From positions 1,091-65,090 of IMG/VR virus record IMGVR_UViG_3300020131_000101: 64,000 nucleotides of DNA; one strand, written 5' to 3'. The notes under the pieces are model-generated. The model did not search any database and was not told where the DNA came from. It worked only from the letters and a program-made list of their open reading frames with translations. Positions 17,225-27,345 of the stretch are shown here, piece by piece; position 1 is the stretch's first letter; the number at the start of each line of letters is the position of its first letter. A program made the translations under genes and the position numbers. This DNA is from a virus (lineage: Duplodnaviria > Caudoviricetes).

Positions 17225-17581
17225 TTATCTATCTGACCAGATGCTGAAGTCTTGCTGCGCTCCATACACAGGCCCGTCAGGCTCGTACCTGGCCGTCGGC
17301 GCTCCGAGTGGACGCGCCTGAAAAGCGACGGCAGTTGTCAAGCTGTTTTCAACCTGAAGCGCGAGTGTTGCTGCTGCCGCGCGTGTCGCAGCCCAAGTGG
17401 AGAACTGAAATCGGCCGTTCTGTTTGCTCGGCACCATGTTGTCCACGAATGTCACAACATCGCCGCCTACCTGCTGATAGACGATATATGGCTTGGCAAC
17501 GTTTGCTGGAGCCACATCGGGATACACCCGGGTCGAAACCAGACCCTTCAGCAAGTCGAAAATTGATGCCTCGACTGTCAT
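17225..17581 (-). CDS. Tail terminator protein (DUF3168-like)
   Basis: RVYPDVAP...PYIVYQQVGG; synteny. Confidence 0.82.
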   Translation of the reverse strand: MTVEASIFDLLKGLVSTRVYPDVAPANVAKPYIVYQQVGGDVVTFVDNMVPSKQNGRFQFSTWAATRAAAATLALQVENSLTTAVAFQARPLGAPTARYEPDGPVYGAQQDFSIWSDR

Positions 17582-18033
17582 CTCCGAACTCCTGAAATCG
17601 CACCCTCCATCAGCGCCGCGAAGGTGTCATTTGCGACGATCAGCGAAAGGTCTTTTGCTGCGTCATATGCTGGACGCAGGAATGGGTGAGCCGGCGCTCT
17701 GCTCGTTCCGTACTCGACCATGAATCCATAGGGGGCACGTTGGTGGTTCCACGCGACGTGATAAGTCGCATGCCCATCCCATGAGTTATCCCGAGAGAAA
17801 ACTTGGTAGATGCTGTCCCTGAGCGTGCCGGCCGGGAACCTGTACTTCTGATGCGTTCCGTAGAAGACGTGTGGCTTATCACCAACCGGCACACGTAGAC
17901 GGACCTCGCCGTAAAGCACCGCGGCGCCAGCCTGCGCTGCCGGTCGGACAAATTCCTCCGCCTTTTCTGTGATGTTGTCCAGCTGGGCATCCAAGGATCG
18001 CGTGTCAAGCTTGATCCTCATCGACTCAGCCAC
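17578..18033 (-). CDS. HK97 gp10-like tail completion protein
   Basis: GTLRDSI, VEYGTSRAPAHPFLRPA. Confidence 0.88.
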   Translation of the reverse strand: MAESMRIKLDTRSLDAQLDNITEKAEEFVRPAAQAGAAVLYGEVRLRVPVGDKPHVFYGTHQKYRFPAGTLRDSIYQVFSRDNSWDGHATYHVAWNHQRAPYGFMVEYGTSRAPAHPFLRPAYDAAKDLSLIVANDTFAALMEGAISGVRR

Positions 18034-18346
18034 TTACCACCTCGCACGCGAGATCAACGCATTCCTTCTTGGCCACGTCCGGCAGAACTGCCGTGATGTT
18101 ATAGACCGTCTGTCCATGCACAACGCGCATACCTGAGTTGATACCGGTGCGGTACCTGATTCGAATACTGGCCTTGACAACGGGTGTCAGCGCAGTAGCT
18201 TTCACTGTCTCAATGCCGTTCAAATGGCGGATGTCTGCCCAGACCGATGCGACATCGGTCCACGTGTTCACCGGCTGCCCGTCCGGCTCCTGGCCGACTG
18301 CCTTTTGCTGGATCGTTACAAGGCTACTAAGCTTTCCGGCGTTCAC
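18026..18346 (-). CDS. Head closure / head-tail adaptor
   Basis: GKL...VTIQ..W.DVASVWA..IRIRY..MRV..YNI.AV. Confidence 0.88.
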   Translation of the reverse strand: MNAGKLSSLVTIQQKAVGQEPDGQPVNTWTDVASVWADIRHLNGIETVKATALTPVVKASIRIRYRTGINSGMRVVHGQTVYNITAVLPDVAKKECVDLACEVVSG

Positions 18347-18354
18347 TTAGGGCC

Positions 18355-18927
18355 TCATGCCAAGACAACGCAGAAAGGATCGAGCATGCGATCCACGTGC
18401 GGAAGCGGCGTAACGACGCCGGCCGCATTCTCCCCGCGGTGCTCGAACATTGTCTCGACACGGAGAAGAATCCAGTTCCGAATGCCAGCTGGCACGTCTG
18501 AAGCAACGTCGCCGTAGCCAGCGGTGTAATCAATACGGACACTGCCGATCTGCGGCAAGGTTTGTGGCCAAGCCTGGCCAAAGGCCTCGGAAACGAGTCC
18601 AGGGCAGCCAGATAGCTCCGTTGCATAGACGGACGAATCGAGTGTTTGCCATTGCCCGGCCATATCCCGATACGTGATCGCGGAGATCGTTTGCACGACT
18701 CCCTTCTCCAACTCGACACATCGAGGGAATCCATCCAGAACCAGCCGCCAGCCCTGCGTTATGAAGCTCCGGCCGGTATATGCCTCCGCGTACTGCCGAG
18801 CCGCGCTGATATACGTTTCGATCAGCGGATCCTCAGTCGTGGGGTCGTCGGCTGTCAGCTTCAACTGCAGTCGTGCCTCCGCAAGGCTGATCGGCTCCTC
18901 TGCAGGTGGCGTGGTCTGGACTAGCAT
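18355..18927 (-). CDS. Head-tail connector protein
   Basis: EPISLAEARLQL..AARQYAEAYTGR..YTAGYG..VP..I. Confidence 0.88.
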   Translation of the reverse strand: MLVQTTPPAEEPISLAEARLQLKLTADDPTTEDPLIETYISAARQYAEAYTGRSFITQGWRLVLDGFPRCVELEKGVVQTISAITYRDMAGQWQTLDSSVYATELSGCPGLVSEAFGQAWPQTLPQIGSVRIDYTAGYGDVASDVPAGIRNWILLRVETMFEHRGENAAGVVTPLPHVDRMLDPFCVVLA

Positions 18928-18938
18928 GGCTACGATCT

Positions 18939-19202
18939 TTACTTGGACGTTTTCTTACCAGCAGGCGCTTGCGTAGGAGCAGACTCATCCGTGGTGGCGG
19001 CCTGAGCTTCAGCAGCATCGGAAGATGCTTCCTGTTCTGCAGCCGCTGCCTTCGCGGAGACGTCGTCCATCGCATCCACTTCAACAGCCGCACCGCGCGT
19101 GATGCACAGGCGGGTTTCGTCAGTCAGGTCGTATGCTTCACCTGCCTTGAATTTCTCGACGCCGGCATCAAAGTGCGAGACCAGGAATTTAGCTTTCTTC
19201 AT
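18939..19202 (-). CDS. Small head-associated protein
   Basis: GGAGA RBS; acidic Ala-rich tail; synteny. Confidence 0.65.
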   Translation of the reverse strand: MKKAKFLVSHFDAGVEKFKAGEAYDLTDETRLCITRGAAVEVDAMDDVSAKAAAAEQEASSDAAEAQAATTDESAPTQAPAGKKTSK

Positions 19203-19273
19203 ATCGGTTCTCCGAGTGTTTGGAAGTGAAGGCGGCCTCGCAGTGTGGCCGCCTTCATGCGTTGCTTAGCCGA

Positions 19274-19717
19274 TCAGGTCTTGATCTCGGCCACGCTGGA
19301 AAGGTCGTTGTCGACCTCCGGCTGGTAGCGGCCATCCACGCCGACCACAGAGACGGCAGCCGGGCCGCCGGTGGCGCCACCAGTGACGAGACCGAACTTG
19401 ACATACTGCTTGCCCAACGGGCCGAGCTCGTCGGCGCGCACCTGGATTGCGATTTGCTTGTTATCGTTGTTCGAGGCATGCGCGGCGAGTTGCGTGGCAG
19501 CCTTGAGCTGCGTTGCACCGGAACCATCCGAGTTGCAGGTGTAAGCCTTGAAGTCGATGGTCTCAGCGGCCATGTTGCCAAGGAAGGCTGTAGCCAGTAC
19601 CTGATGGAATTTCGACATGTCCACCACGTCGGTGAACAGTTCCGTATTGGCCACGGTTTGGGGGTCGATAGTGCCCACGAGTGCCAGCTTTTCGCCAGCG
19701 CCAGCGTTGACGGTCAT
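19274..19717 (-). CDS. Putative capsid decoration/cement protein
   Basis: AGGAG RBS; beta-rich 147 aa directly after the capsid gene. Confidence 0.65.
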   Translation of the reverse strand: MTVNAGAGEKLALVGTIDPQTVANTELFTDVVDMSKFHQVLATAFLGNMAAETIDFKAYTCNSDGSGATQLKAATQLAAHASNNDNKQIAIQVRADELGPLGKQYVKFGLVTGGATGGPAAVSVVGVDGRYQPEVDNDLSSVAEIKT

Positions 19718-19797
19718 GATGTTCTCCTTAAGATAAGCGGGAATGCGTTAGATGCGCCGCGAGCACGAGACCCGCGGCACATCAGGGGCTGCTCGGA

Positions 19798-21201
19798 TTA
19801 CGAGCGGGTCTGCAGTTGGACGAAGTGCGACAGGGTATTGCTGCCGTTCGCCGGAGTGACGGCGGCGGACGATTTCGGCTGGCCATCCACGCGGAACGTG
19901 GCACGGAACGCAACCGCGTCGGCGTCGAAGTACAGGTGCATCGACGCAGCCGTCTGGATGCCGCCGGATCCCTCGATGGACTGATAGCCGCGCAGGTCAA
20001 CAAGCGAGACGTCGCCCTGGGTGCCGATCGACTTGGCGTGCTGGGTGACGATGACCGGGCGGCCAAGCAGGAAGCCGTAGGGATTCTGCTTCGCGCCCTC
20101 GCTCGCCGGGATGTACACCGGCTGATTGCCGAGAGTCATGGTGAACAACTGCGGCAGCACGTCGTTGTTGATCAGCCAGACAGCACTGCCGTAGGCACCA
20201 GGCAGCAGACGGGCAACCATCTTGGACGCGTTGGTGATGTTGAACGTCGCCGCAGCCTGTCCGGATTCCTTGTCTTGCGTCACAACACCGCCGCCGATCA
20301 GGGCGCCGAGGGGAACGCCAGCGCCAACGCCGAACAGGATGGCTTCGTCCGTCTTCCAGCGGATGGAGCGCGACATGTTGGGCGTGAGGTATGCGCCCAA
20401 GGCGGTGGCGTCGGCCATTAGCTCGTCGGACATCGGAACCAGAGCCATCAGTTTTTTCAGCTTGAGCTCCATGCGGCCGAGGACGGGCTTTGTCGGCGTG
20501 CCAGCCGCAGCCTCACTCTGCCAGTAGGCACGGATGCCGTTGGAGCCCCAGGGCGTGGTCTCGTCCTTCGGCAGCGACATGCTGTTGCCCTCGATAGGAA
20601 GGCGATCAGTAAGCGGCAGAAGCGCCTGCTCTTCGAGAGACAGGCTCCACAGGTTCGAGGAGAAGCCCGGAGGAATCAGGAAGCCGCCATCGGCACCATT
20701 GGCCTCGCCGCCGTACGTGCTCGGAGCAGCCGCATTGGGCGTCATGATCGGGCCACCGGCACCGACCAGCGGCACAAGGCGCGGGTCCATACCGGCACCG
20801 GTGCGAACACCGAAACCAGCAGAGCGCACGGAGCGGGCGAAGTCGCCCAAACTACGGAAACCGCGATTCGGATCGTGGTCGGCGTTGTGTTCGACCGAGA
20901 TGCGGCCGTTGGGGAGGGTCACGCTGGAGGCAACCGGCGGCGCGTTCTGGCCAGCGGCGCCACCGGCCATCTGGCTGGTTGCGTTCAGACCTGCTTCTTC
21001 AGCAATCAGGGCCTGCTCACGCTCGATTGCAGCGCTGGTGGCAGCAATGCCGTCGCGCATGGCAGCGTATTTCGCCTGTTCTTCGTCGGTCCAGGCGCGA
21101 TTTTCGGCCTGCGCCTTGGCGTCGACTTCATCATTGAACTTGCGGGCGGCTGCTACCTGTTCGACTTTCTTCGCCTGCAGAGCACGGAGTTTTGCGGACA
21201 T
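19798..21201 (-). CDS. Major capsid protein (HK97 fold)
   Basis: N-terminal scaffold coil, DGGFLIP, KKLMALVPMSDEL, AILFG.G, LLGRPV, AFRATFRVDG. Confidence 0.95.
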   Translation of the reverse strand: MSAKLRALQAKKVEQVAAARKFNDEVDAKAQAENRAWTDEEQAKYAAMRDGIAATSAAIEREQALIAEEAGLNATSQMAGGAAGQNAPPVASSVTLPNGRISVEHNADHDPNRGFRSLGDFARSVRSAGFGVRTGAGMDPRLVPLVGAGGPIMTPNAAAPSTYGGEANGADGGFLIPPGFSSNLWSLSLEEQALLPLTDRLPIEGNSMSLPKDETTPWGSNGIRAYWQSEAAAGTPTKPVLGRMELKLKKLMALVPMSDELMADATALGAYLTPNMSRSIRWKTDEAILFGVGAGVPLGALIGGGVVTQDKESGQAAATFNITNASKMVARLLPGAYGSAVWLINNDVLPQLFTMTLGNQPVYIPASEGAKQNPYGFLLGRPVIVTQHAKSIGTQGDVSLVDLRGYQSIEGSGGIQTAASMHLYFDADAVAFRATFRVDGQPKSSAAVTPANGSNTLSHFVQLQTRS

Positions 21202-21238
21202 ATCGGTTCTCCAAAATAAAAACCGCCCGTAGGCGGCC

Positions 21239-21270
21239 AGAAATGAAAAAGCCCGCTCAAGGCGGGCTTC
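21239..21270 (-). terminator. Terminator hairpin between protease and capsid genes
   Basis: AAGCCCGC-CTTGA-GCGGGCTTTTT. Confidence 0.7.
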
Positions 21271-21352
21271 GGGGATGCACAACGGCCCAAAGGGGCCTCA
21301 CGTTCAGATCAACGGACCTGTCAGCGAATGGGCCGTGCCAGCCCTGAAAGAC

Positions 21353-22291
21353 TTATAGGGAAAGGAGTTCGAGTTCGTTTCGGTTTGCCTGTGCGGACCG
21401 ACCTGAGCGGCGGCCAGATTTCGCATCACGCTGCATCTTCCGCACGATGTCATCCATGGTCATGATTCCATCAACCATGCCTTCGGCCAGCGCCGACTTG
21501 GCGCCGAGGACGCGCCCCTGCCCCATTCCGTCGCGCACTTGGGCGACCGGAACATTGCGGCCCTTGGCAACTGCGCTAGTAAAAGCAGCGTAGTAATCAT
21601 CGATGCGCGACTGCATGAAGGCCATTGCTTCGTCCGACAGTGCGTCGTAGGGATGACCTTCCACCTTGAATTTGCCTGCGGAGATAAGCTTGATGTCGAC
21701 GCCTTCCTTCTCCAGGTACCCCTTGATGTTCTGGTGCGCGCTCCAGACGCCGATGGATCCGACTTCGCCGCCTGGCGTAACGTAGAACTCGCTTGCCGAA
21801 GCGCCAATCCAGTAAGCAGCGCTAGCGGCGAGGCTGGATGCGAAGGCAACAATCGGCTTTTCCTTGCGAGCCTCGCAGATCTCATCGCCCAGTTCCTGCA
21901 CGCCGTACACGCTTCCACCCGGGCTGTGAATGTGCAAGAGGACTTGGCCGACGGAGGAGTCAGCCATCGCCATGCGCAGGGCTTGGCTGATGTCCTCGGT
22001 ACTGGTGCCACCCTCGCACAGACCGAGTTGATCGGCTCGCTGGACAATTGTGCCGCGGATCGGGATGACGGCAATGGAACCGCCACGAGTCTCGCCGCCG
22101 CCAACTTTCGACATCACTGTCGTAGGTCCGGACGGCTCGTGATCATCGTCCTCCATGGCCCGCGGCGGACGCTGGGCAATCCCCTCCTTGACGGCGACGC
22201 GCCGTGCCAGTACTGCTGCATAGGCAGCCATGACTTCCGGACGCAGTGCCCAAGGCTGCGACAATGCAAAGGCGATGAGGTGGTGGTTCAT
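21353..22291 (-). CDS. Prohead protease, S49/SppA family
   Basis: HSPGGSV, AASAAYW, VGSIGV, ISAGKFK. Confidence 0.93.
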   Translation of the reverse strand: MNHHLIAFALSQPWALRPEVMAAYAAVLARRVAVKEGIAQRPPRAMEDDDHEPSGPTTVMSKVGGGETRGGSIAVIPIRGTIVQRADQLGLCEGGTSTEDISQALRMAMADSSVGQVLLHIHSPGGSVYGVQELGDEICEARKEKPIVAFASSLAASAAYWIGASASEFYVTPGGEVGSIGVWSAHQNIKGYLEKEGVDIKLISAGKFKVEGHPYDALSDEAMAFMQSRIDDYYAAFTSAVAKGRNVPVAQVRDGMGQGRVLGAKSALAEGMVDGIMTMDDIVRKMQRDAKSGRRSGRSAQANRNELELLSL

Positions 22292-23721
22292 GCTGGAACT
22301 CCTAGGGAAATGAGGGCAGCAGTGAGCTGCTCCTCGGTGTCAGATGGGTCGGGGCTCCACGCGGCAGCCCGCTCTTCGCTGATGCCGAGCGCCTCGGCCA
22401 GAACAGCTGCGTCGACAGACTTCCCAGCCTTGAGTCGGCGCGCCATGCGCGCTGCGTTGCCCTGCAGCACTCGCGCGAGCCGTGCGCCCGTATCGTCGAC
22501 GGGCCCGGCCGGCTGGCTCGGCCGCTGCTGCTCCTGCTTTTCAGCCTGCTCCAGCGTCATCATGTTCGCCGGCTGCATCGGCTCATCGAGGCCATCGATA
22601 GGGTCGTAACCCTCTTCCTCGCGCGCCTCGTTGCGCAGCAAGATGCCGGACAGTACAAGGCGGGCGAGACGTTCGGCACGGGACTTGCCGTCGCCCAGCA
22701 TCATCACGGTGTGATCGAAGCAAGGCTCGAGATCGCTTTCCTCGCCGAGCAAAAAGAAGGAAATTGACGACTCCCACAACCGGATCCACGGTAGCATGGT
22801 GTCGTTCCAGAACTCGATACCTTGGTGCTCGATGTTGTTGTTCGTGGACCGTTCGAGGTCCATGATTTTGTGCGGAGGCACGCGGAAGATGCTTGCGATC
22901 TCGGACCGCTTTGCACCTCGGCTCTCTAAGAACTGGGCATCACTGTGTTTCACGCCAAGTTCGTGGAACTTCATTCCCTTCTCAAGTACCGCGACCTTCC
23001 CCCGGTTGGCACCGCCTTGGTTCTCCTGCCAGGAGTCCCGGAATTTCTTTTTCGCCTCGTTCGTTGCGAAGCTCCCCGGGTATTCAATCCAGCCGCCGCC
23101 AGGTTTCGCGTCGTTTGAGAAGAACCGGCTCGCGTAGGACTGCATGGCCAGACCCTCGCCGATTGCTTCGCGAGCCAGCTGGATCATGCTCAAGCCCATG
23201 TAGCCGTCGTCGCTCATGCCGCGCAGGTGCCAGATTTCATGTCGTGCAAAGGGCAAGGTCCGTCCGTCCTCGGACAGGTAGACGTATCTGTAGCTGCCGT
23301 TGGACAACGGCTCAATCGACATCCGGTCAGGGTGCAATGGCAGCAGTTCCGTGATCTCGCCGCGGCTGTTCGCTGCAATCTGGCAGAAGGCATTACCACG
23401 CAAGGCCAAATGCCCCATGAGCATGAGCCGAAATTCGTAAGGCGACTGGAAGCGGTTCGGTGCCTTGGCGAGCAGCCGGTATAGCCAATGATTTCGCACC
23501 TGTGGGCCACGACCGCGAGCCCGCGGCTGAAACAGCATGAATGGCAGCACGGCAAATGACTCCGCGAGAACTCGCACGCAAGCAAGCACCGCCGGCAAGG
23601 TCATGGCCGTGGATGGCGTGACTCTCGCACCGGAGCGCGTGAGCAGTCCGATCGGCTCGAACCAGAATCGCCCAAATGGCGATCGATCATTCGCCTCGGA
23701 CCTGACGCGGCTGATAAACAT
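22288..23721 (-). CDS. Portal protein (HK97 family)
   Basis: AVLACVRVLAE, PN..QS, LRGNAF, DAQFLE, IASIFRVPPHKI, NNIEHQ. Confidence 0.95.
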   Translation of the reverse strand: MFISRVRSEANDRSPFGRFWFEPIGLLTRSGARVTPSTAMTLPAVLACVRVLAESFAVLPFMLFQPRARGRGPQVRNHWLYRLLAKAPNRFQSPYEFRLMLMGHLALRGNAFCQIAANSRGEITELLPLHPDRMSIEPLSNGSYRYVYLSEDGRTLPFARHEIWHLRGMSDDGYMGLSMIQLAREAIGEGLAMQSYASRFFSNDAKPGGGWIEYPGSFATNEAKKKFRDSWQENQGGANRGKVAVLEKGMKFHELGVKHSDAQFLESRGAKRSEIASIFRVPPHKIMDLERSTNNNIEHQGIEFWNDTMLPWIRLWESSISFFLLGEESDLEPCFDHTVMMLGDGKSRAERLARLVLSGILLRNEAREEEGYDPIDGLDEPMQPANMMTLEQAEKQEQQRPSQPAGPVDDTGARLARVLQGNAARMARRLKAGKSVDAAVLAEALGISEERAAAWSPDPSDTEEQLTAALISLGVPA

Positions 23722-23915
23722 CAGTCGGTCTCCGCCTTAGATTTTGCGGTCTCATCAGGCTGCTCCCAGCCTGCAATATAGGCAGCAGCAAGTGTCAGGA
23801 CGATAAGCAAAGCGCCAGCGATAGCGATGCCCCAGCCAGGATGAATAACGATACCGCCTGCCAGCACCATCAGCCAGCCAAGAAACAGGCAAATGTTGAA
23901 AATTTTTACATTCAT
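23721..23915 (-). CDS. Small two-TM protein between terL and portal
   Basis: Coupled by overlaps; hydrophobic hairpin. Confidence 0.65.
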   Translation of the reverse strand: MNVKIFNICLFLGWLMVLAGGIVIHPGWGIAIAGALLIVLTLAAAYIAGWEQPDETAKSKAETD

Positions 23916-25591
23916 GCGGTCACCAGTTCATAGTCCTCGCCAATCACCATGGCGGAAGGGTTGAGCGCCATCAGGGAAACGGCGTTGAAGCCAGCCATAA
24001 GGGGGTCAATCTTTGCCTTCCCTGATGCCTGCTTCGTGATCAGGATGGCGTTGCCTTTGTCCTCGACACGCGCATTACCGACGCACCAGGGCATAAGTCC
24101 GCTCTTTGCGACCAGAATCTCGCCGCCGGCTAGCTTTCGCTCCGTCGTCTTGATCGCTCCGTTCAGCTTCCAGCCCTGGGAGATCGCCACGATCTGCTCA
24201 AGCTTGATCCCGCGCTCTTCCGTCGTGAGTTCGTCGACGACATCGCCAATACCCGCCGGATCCACGCCGATTGCTTTTTCGTCAGGCAGCAGGCCAGCTT
24301 CTTTCACCTGGCAGATCATGTCGGCGAGCTGTTCGACGTCATCCCCTGGCTGCTTGACGATCGTCAGATCGCCCTCCTTTTCGAAATCCCGGAGGCGCTC
24401 TGCAATTTCCTTGCGGCGCTCGAGCACGATTTCATGCGCCCATGCATGCGACCACCACAACCATTTCCGCGTCACCTTCTCGCGGCCGATAAACGTCAGG
24501 CCGAGAAGGTCATCCAAGCCGCCGCCGTCAATCCCGGCGGTCACAACCTCACAGCGGTCCAGCAGGTCTGCGAGGCTGAAGAGCTCGGTTGCGTGTTGCT
24601 CCCAAAAGTCAGCGCCGGCCCATCGATCGGACCGCAGATTCAAGCCGATTTCGACGTTCAGATGCTTTGCCAGGAACGTCTGGAACGAACCGTCCAGCTT
24701 GTGCTGCAGCTTCCTCAGCTGATCTTCCAGCCATTCGCGGCTAACCGACCGGCCGATATTCGGGTTCGTAATGTAGAAGGTGTCCGAATCGAGGTAAGCC
24801 TTCTCCTTGATCATCTCCGGCGGGTACTCGTAGAGCACGCCGAGCGACTTCGGATCGACAATCTTTCCGTCCCGGACGTCGCGGTAATACTGCAGCTTGT
24901 CCTTGAAGACGCCAGCCGGTGGTTCGTCGCTCTGGGTCGACAGGTAGATCACCCACCCCTCATCGCGAGAGATCTGTCCACCGGTCGCCTCTTGGAACAT
25001 CGACTCGGAGTTTGCTCGTTTGCCGAAAATCCAGTGCTCGTCCACCAGAATCCGCCCCGACTTTTTGCCGGAGACCGTGTCGGTATCAGCTGCCACCACC
25101 TTAAGTGAAGCCCGAGTGACGCGATGCGTGATTGTCCGGATGTGGTCCTGGATATGGAACATGGCCGACAGCTCGTCGTCGGCTCGAACCATACCGGCCG
25201 CCGGTTTGAAGCTGTTGTCCGCGACTTCCTTCGTCGGCGCGAGGATCAGGTGCTCCTCGTCCTCACGCCAGCAAAGGATGACGGCCGTCAGCATGATGCC
25301 GGCGGCAATCGTCGATTTTGTGTTCTTCTTACTGATCAGCAGGAAGAATTCCCGGATCAGCTGCTTTCCGGTCTCCGCGTCGTAGGCTCCGAAGATCGCG
25401 GCTACGAAGTCAAAAACCCACTGTTCGCTGCACTCGCCGAACGTCGGCCGGCCAGGCAGATCGACCACCCTCAACTCCTTGAAGATCGCCAGAGCGTGCT
25501 GTGCAGTGTCCTTATAGATTGGCGGCGGAATAATGGACTTCCCGGCCTTGAGCCGTTCAGCCCAGTCCGGGCATGCCGTGGTCCAGTTCAT
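23912..25591 (-). CDS. terL: Terminase large subunit
   Basis: ISKKNTKST Walker A variant, LVDE Walker B, GIDGGGLDDL, KIDP nuclease motifs. Confidence 0.95.
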   Translation of the reverse strand: MNWTTACPDWAERLKAGKSIIPPPIYKDTAQHALAIFKELRVVDLPGRPTFGECSEQWVFDFVAAIFGAYDAETGKQLIREFFLLISKKNTKSTIAAGIMLTAVILCWREDEEHLILAPTKEVADNSFKPAAGMVRADDELSAMFHIQDHIRTITHRVTRASLKVVAADTDTVSGKKSGRILVDEHWIFGKRANSESMFQEATGGQISRDEGWVIYLSTQSDEPPAGVFKDKLQYYRDVRDGKIVDPKSLGVLYEYPPEMIKEKAYLDSDTFYITNPNIGRSVSREWLEDQLRKLQHKLDGSFQTFLAKHLNVEIGLNLRSDRWAGADFWEQHATELFSLADLLDRCEVVTAGIDGGGLDDLLGLTFIGREKVTRKWLWWSHAWAHEIVLERRKEIAERLRDFEKEGDLTIVKQPGDDVEQLADMICQVKEAGLLPDEKAIGVDPAGIGDVVDELTTEERGIKLEQIVAISQGWKLNGAIKTTERKLAGGEILVAKSGLMPWCVGNARVEDKGNAILITKQASGKAKIDPLMAGFNAVSLMALNPSAMVIGEDYELVTA

Positions 25592-25593
25592 CC

Positions 25594-26058
25594 TTAGACT
25601 TTTTTGCCGCCAGCCGCAACCAGTTTAGGCGGCGCCGATGCCGCGAACCTGCCCGCAACCTTCTGCGCCGCCTCTGCCTGCTGCTCCTTTTTCCCGCCCT
25701 CGCCCAGCTTCTTGTGCTCAAACGGCATCAAAGCCTTGGCAGCCTCAACCCGAAGCTTCGGCTCGAGCAAAAGGTCATTCATAGCCGCCTTCAAGAAGGC
25801 CTTCGGATCAGAAAACTGCAACTTCAGCAGATCAAACCCATTGCTTGTGGGAATGTCCTTCTGTGGCTCTTTCGCCTGATCCTTCTTGGCTTTTTTGCAT
25901 CTCGCAACGTAGGCGACGACATCCTTGTCTTTAACAAGTCGTGACCCGGCGGCCGATGCCGTTTTAACGCTGTAGCCTGCCGTGATCGCCGCGTCTTTAT
26001 TCGACTTTCCGGCCAAAACGGCATCGGCGAACTTCTGCTTTCCGCCTGTTAAAGCCAT
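25594..26058 (-). CDS. terS: Terminase small subunit
   Basis: KQKFA..AAITAGYS..TA...GSRL HTH; upstream of terL. Confidence 0.9.
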   Translation of the reverse strand: MALTGGKQKFADAVLAGKSNKDAAITAGYSVKTASAAGSRLVKDKDVVAYVARCKKAKKDQAKEPQKDIPTSNGFDLLKLQFSDPKAFLKAAMNDLLLEPKLRVEAAKALMPFEHKKLGEGGKKEQQAEAAQKVAGRFAASAPPKLVAAGGKKV

Positions 26059-26065
26059 TAACAAA

Positions 26066-26160
26066 TCTCCCTATGGGGAAAATTTTCTCTGCGTGGGGAA
26101 CCGTGCGGTTTCCAGGGATGGAATCCCCAAGGATTTGAGGGGCATACCCCCTATTGACCA
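26066..26160. other. Probable cos/packaging region
   Basis: Non-coding gap between HNH and terS, the usual cos location in HK97-like phages; exact cut site not determinable. Confidence 0.4.
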
Positions 26161-26196
26161 TCCTTGCGGGTCGCACCAACAGCGCCAGGGCGACGA

Positions 26197-26589
26197 TCAC
26201 GCACCAACCCGGCTTTGCACGTCATCAGCGGGCAAATGCCGCCCGCATGTGCAGAGCTCCGGATCGTAACCACCTGCGGTCCGCATCCTAGCTTCGCACC
26301 CGGTCTTTGCCTTGTGGCAATCCCTATTGATTGCATACCTGTTGCTATCATCTTCAGCACCGCCGGCCCACAGCGGAATACGGTGCTCGACCTCATGCGC
26401 CATGGCCGCATGCTCGGACTGAAGGCATTGATCGCACCTGCAGATACCACAGTCACGGGCAAGTATCCTGTCGCGAATCTTCTGCAGCGCACTCCCACGA
26501 ATGCGATCCGTCCCGACGGTGTGCGATATGTGCGACAACCGATTCGGAGCAGCTTGCAGGCGCGACTTCAAGGTTTGAAGCTTAGGCAT
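26197..26589 (-). CDS. Terminase-associated HNH endonuclease (HK97 gp74-like)
   Basis: ILARD..C.C..C..EVEHRIPL..GG.EDDSN...CHKAKT. Confidence 0.85.
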   Translation of the reverse strand: MPKLQTLKSRLQAAPNRLSHISHTVGTDRIRGSALQKIRDRILARDCGICRCDQCLQSEHAAMAHEVEHRIPLWAGGAEDDSNRYAINRDCHKAKTGCEARMRTAGGYDPELCTCGRHLPADDVQSRVGA

Positions 26590-26600
26590 GGCATCAGCCT

Positions 26601-27053
26601 TTAGCCGCGTTCAGCAGCTTCACCAAGGCGATTTCCGAGCACAGGCCCAGACGCAATCACTCCATTGCCGCCGAAGAATCCGCCGCTTGCAAAAGCGCTA
26701 ACGACCTTTTTCGACACCTCACTCACCGCAGCATGCATGCGTAGATTTACGTCGATCCGCCACATGGCGCGATAGCGCGACAGCATGGCTTCATGCGCCA
26801 GCTTCTTGCGCCCTTCCATCCACGCATCGAAGTCGACCGGCTCCGATCCATGCGCAACCGTGCGCTCGACTACCTCATACTTAGTAAGGATCGATTCAAA
26901 TTCCTGTCCGTCCTGCTTATCCGGGTAATACTCACACCGGATTGAAATAGGCTCGCCGGCCGCGCAACGCAGTTCAAACCAGACGCACTGATTTGGCAGC
27001 CCAAGCGCCTTGACCAGTTGAGCGCCAAGCTGGTGACCAAGTTGGACGGCCAT
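26601..27053 (-). CDS. Hypothetical phage protein
   Basis: Start MAVQLG just after the upstream ORF. Confidence 0.55.
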   Translation of the reverse strand: MAVQLGHQLGAQLVKALGLPNQCVWFELRCAAGEPISIRCEYYPDKQDGQEFESILTKYEVVERTVAHGSEPVDFDAWMEGRKKLAHEAMLSRYRAMWRIDVNLRMHAAVSEVSKKVVSAFASGGFFGGNGVIASGPVLGNRLGEAAERG

Positions 27054-27057
27054 GCTG

Positions 27058-27264
27058 TCAGCCCTCAGCCTCGGCCGCACTGATCTTGGCCAGCGTCGCT
27101 CCCCCATCGAGGATGATGCACCTTGCGCCTTTGGGGATGATCGGTGCAAGCATTGCACGCACTCGATCATGTGCTTCGCTTGGTAAGACCTGCTGACACA
27201 ACAAGACCAGCGTGTCACCCGCCTTCAGCTCCAGCTTTGTGACTTGCACAGTCATTGCATCCAT
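27058..27264 (-). CDS. Hypothetical phage protein
   Basis: GAGG RBS; VTKLELKAGDTLVL. Confidence 0.6.
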   Translation of the reverse strand: MDAMTVQVTKLELKAGDTLVLLCQQVLPSEAHDRVRAMLAPIIPKGARCIILDGGATLAKISAAEAEG

Positions 27265-27345
27265 GATGGACCTCGAATAAAAAGGCCCGACACGGGAATC
27301 CCCGCATCGGGCTAAACCAACCGTTTCTGGCTGGCAGAGACACTG

